DNA of 63,922 nucleotides, filler included, from Octopus bimaculoides (Eukaryota), in the NCBI RefSeq assembly GCF_001194135.2. It is 5 parts of 5 records of this genome, joined end to end, with 100 filler letters (N's around TTAATTAATTAA, not from the genome) between each part and the next. Parts side by side here need not be neighbours in the genome. Positions count along the whole stretch, not along the records: positions 41,511 to 63,922 come from NC_068996.1; 4 more parts are not named here. One strand, written 5' to 3'. Shown piece after piece: positions 63,486 to 63,922 of this stretch (positions within the stretch are counted from its first letter, which is position 1; every line of letters starts with the position of its first letter). The notes beneath the pieces are model-generated. The model had not been told where the DNA came from, searched no databases, and was given only the letters and a program-made list of their open reading frames with translations. A program made the position numbers and the translations under genes.

Positions 63486-63922
63486 TTGCTTTTATATTAC
63501 ATTTTGTGAACCATAACCTTATTGGTTATTGGTTTCCAAAAAGCTAACTTACTAGCTTACTGAATTTCTGATAACAATATCTCTGTAACTTGAGCAGAAC
63601 AAACACTGAGGGGTATTTTAGTTTCAGAGCTCTTATTTATTGAGTTTCTTGCCAATGTTCTTATATTCTTTTACTTGTTTCAGTCATTTGACTGCAGCCA
63701 TGCTGGAGCACCACATTAAGTCAAACAAATCAACCCCAGGACTTATTTTATGTAAGCCTAATACTTATTCTATCGGTCTCTTTTGCCAAACCACTAGGTT
63801 ATGGGGACATAAACACACCAGCATCGGTTGCCAAGTGATGATAGGAGGACAAATACAGACACAAATACATACATTATATATATCTATATATATAAAAATG
63901 AGAATGTGTGTCTGTCTGTGTG

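Overview
AT-rich, gappy eukaryotic genomic DNA. The SINE, RTE-LINE and microsatellite content points to an octopus genome (inference). The only confidently identified protein-coding gene is the 3' end of a + strand SLC5 (SGLT-type sodium/solute symporter). Its three last exons, 42101-42316, 44639-44792 and 46108-46325, splice in frame to a typical SLC5 C-terminus; the ORF track misses the last one. The rest is mostly decayed transposons: RTE, R4/Dong-like and Penelope-like retroelements, a Helentron-type PIF1+endonuclease relic, Tigger/pogo, three mariners, a Chapaev3-like relic, a FLYWCH (MULE-type) relic, MITEs and SINEs. The most unusual signal is a dispersed set of minimal type-I hammerhead-ribozyme-like motifs. 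They sit in Penelope-type repeats, long foldbacks and a ~300-bp retrozyme-like unit. There are also four long hairpins (one in an SLC5 intron), an inverted RTE pair, a possible local transduction, and two tentative unannotated minus-strand spliced genes. All calls are by eye; nothing was searched or computed.
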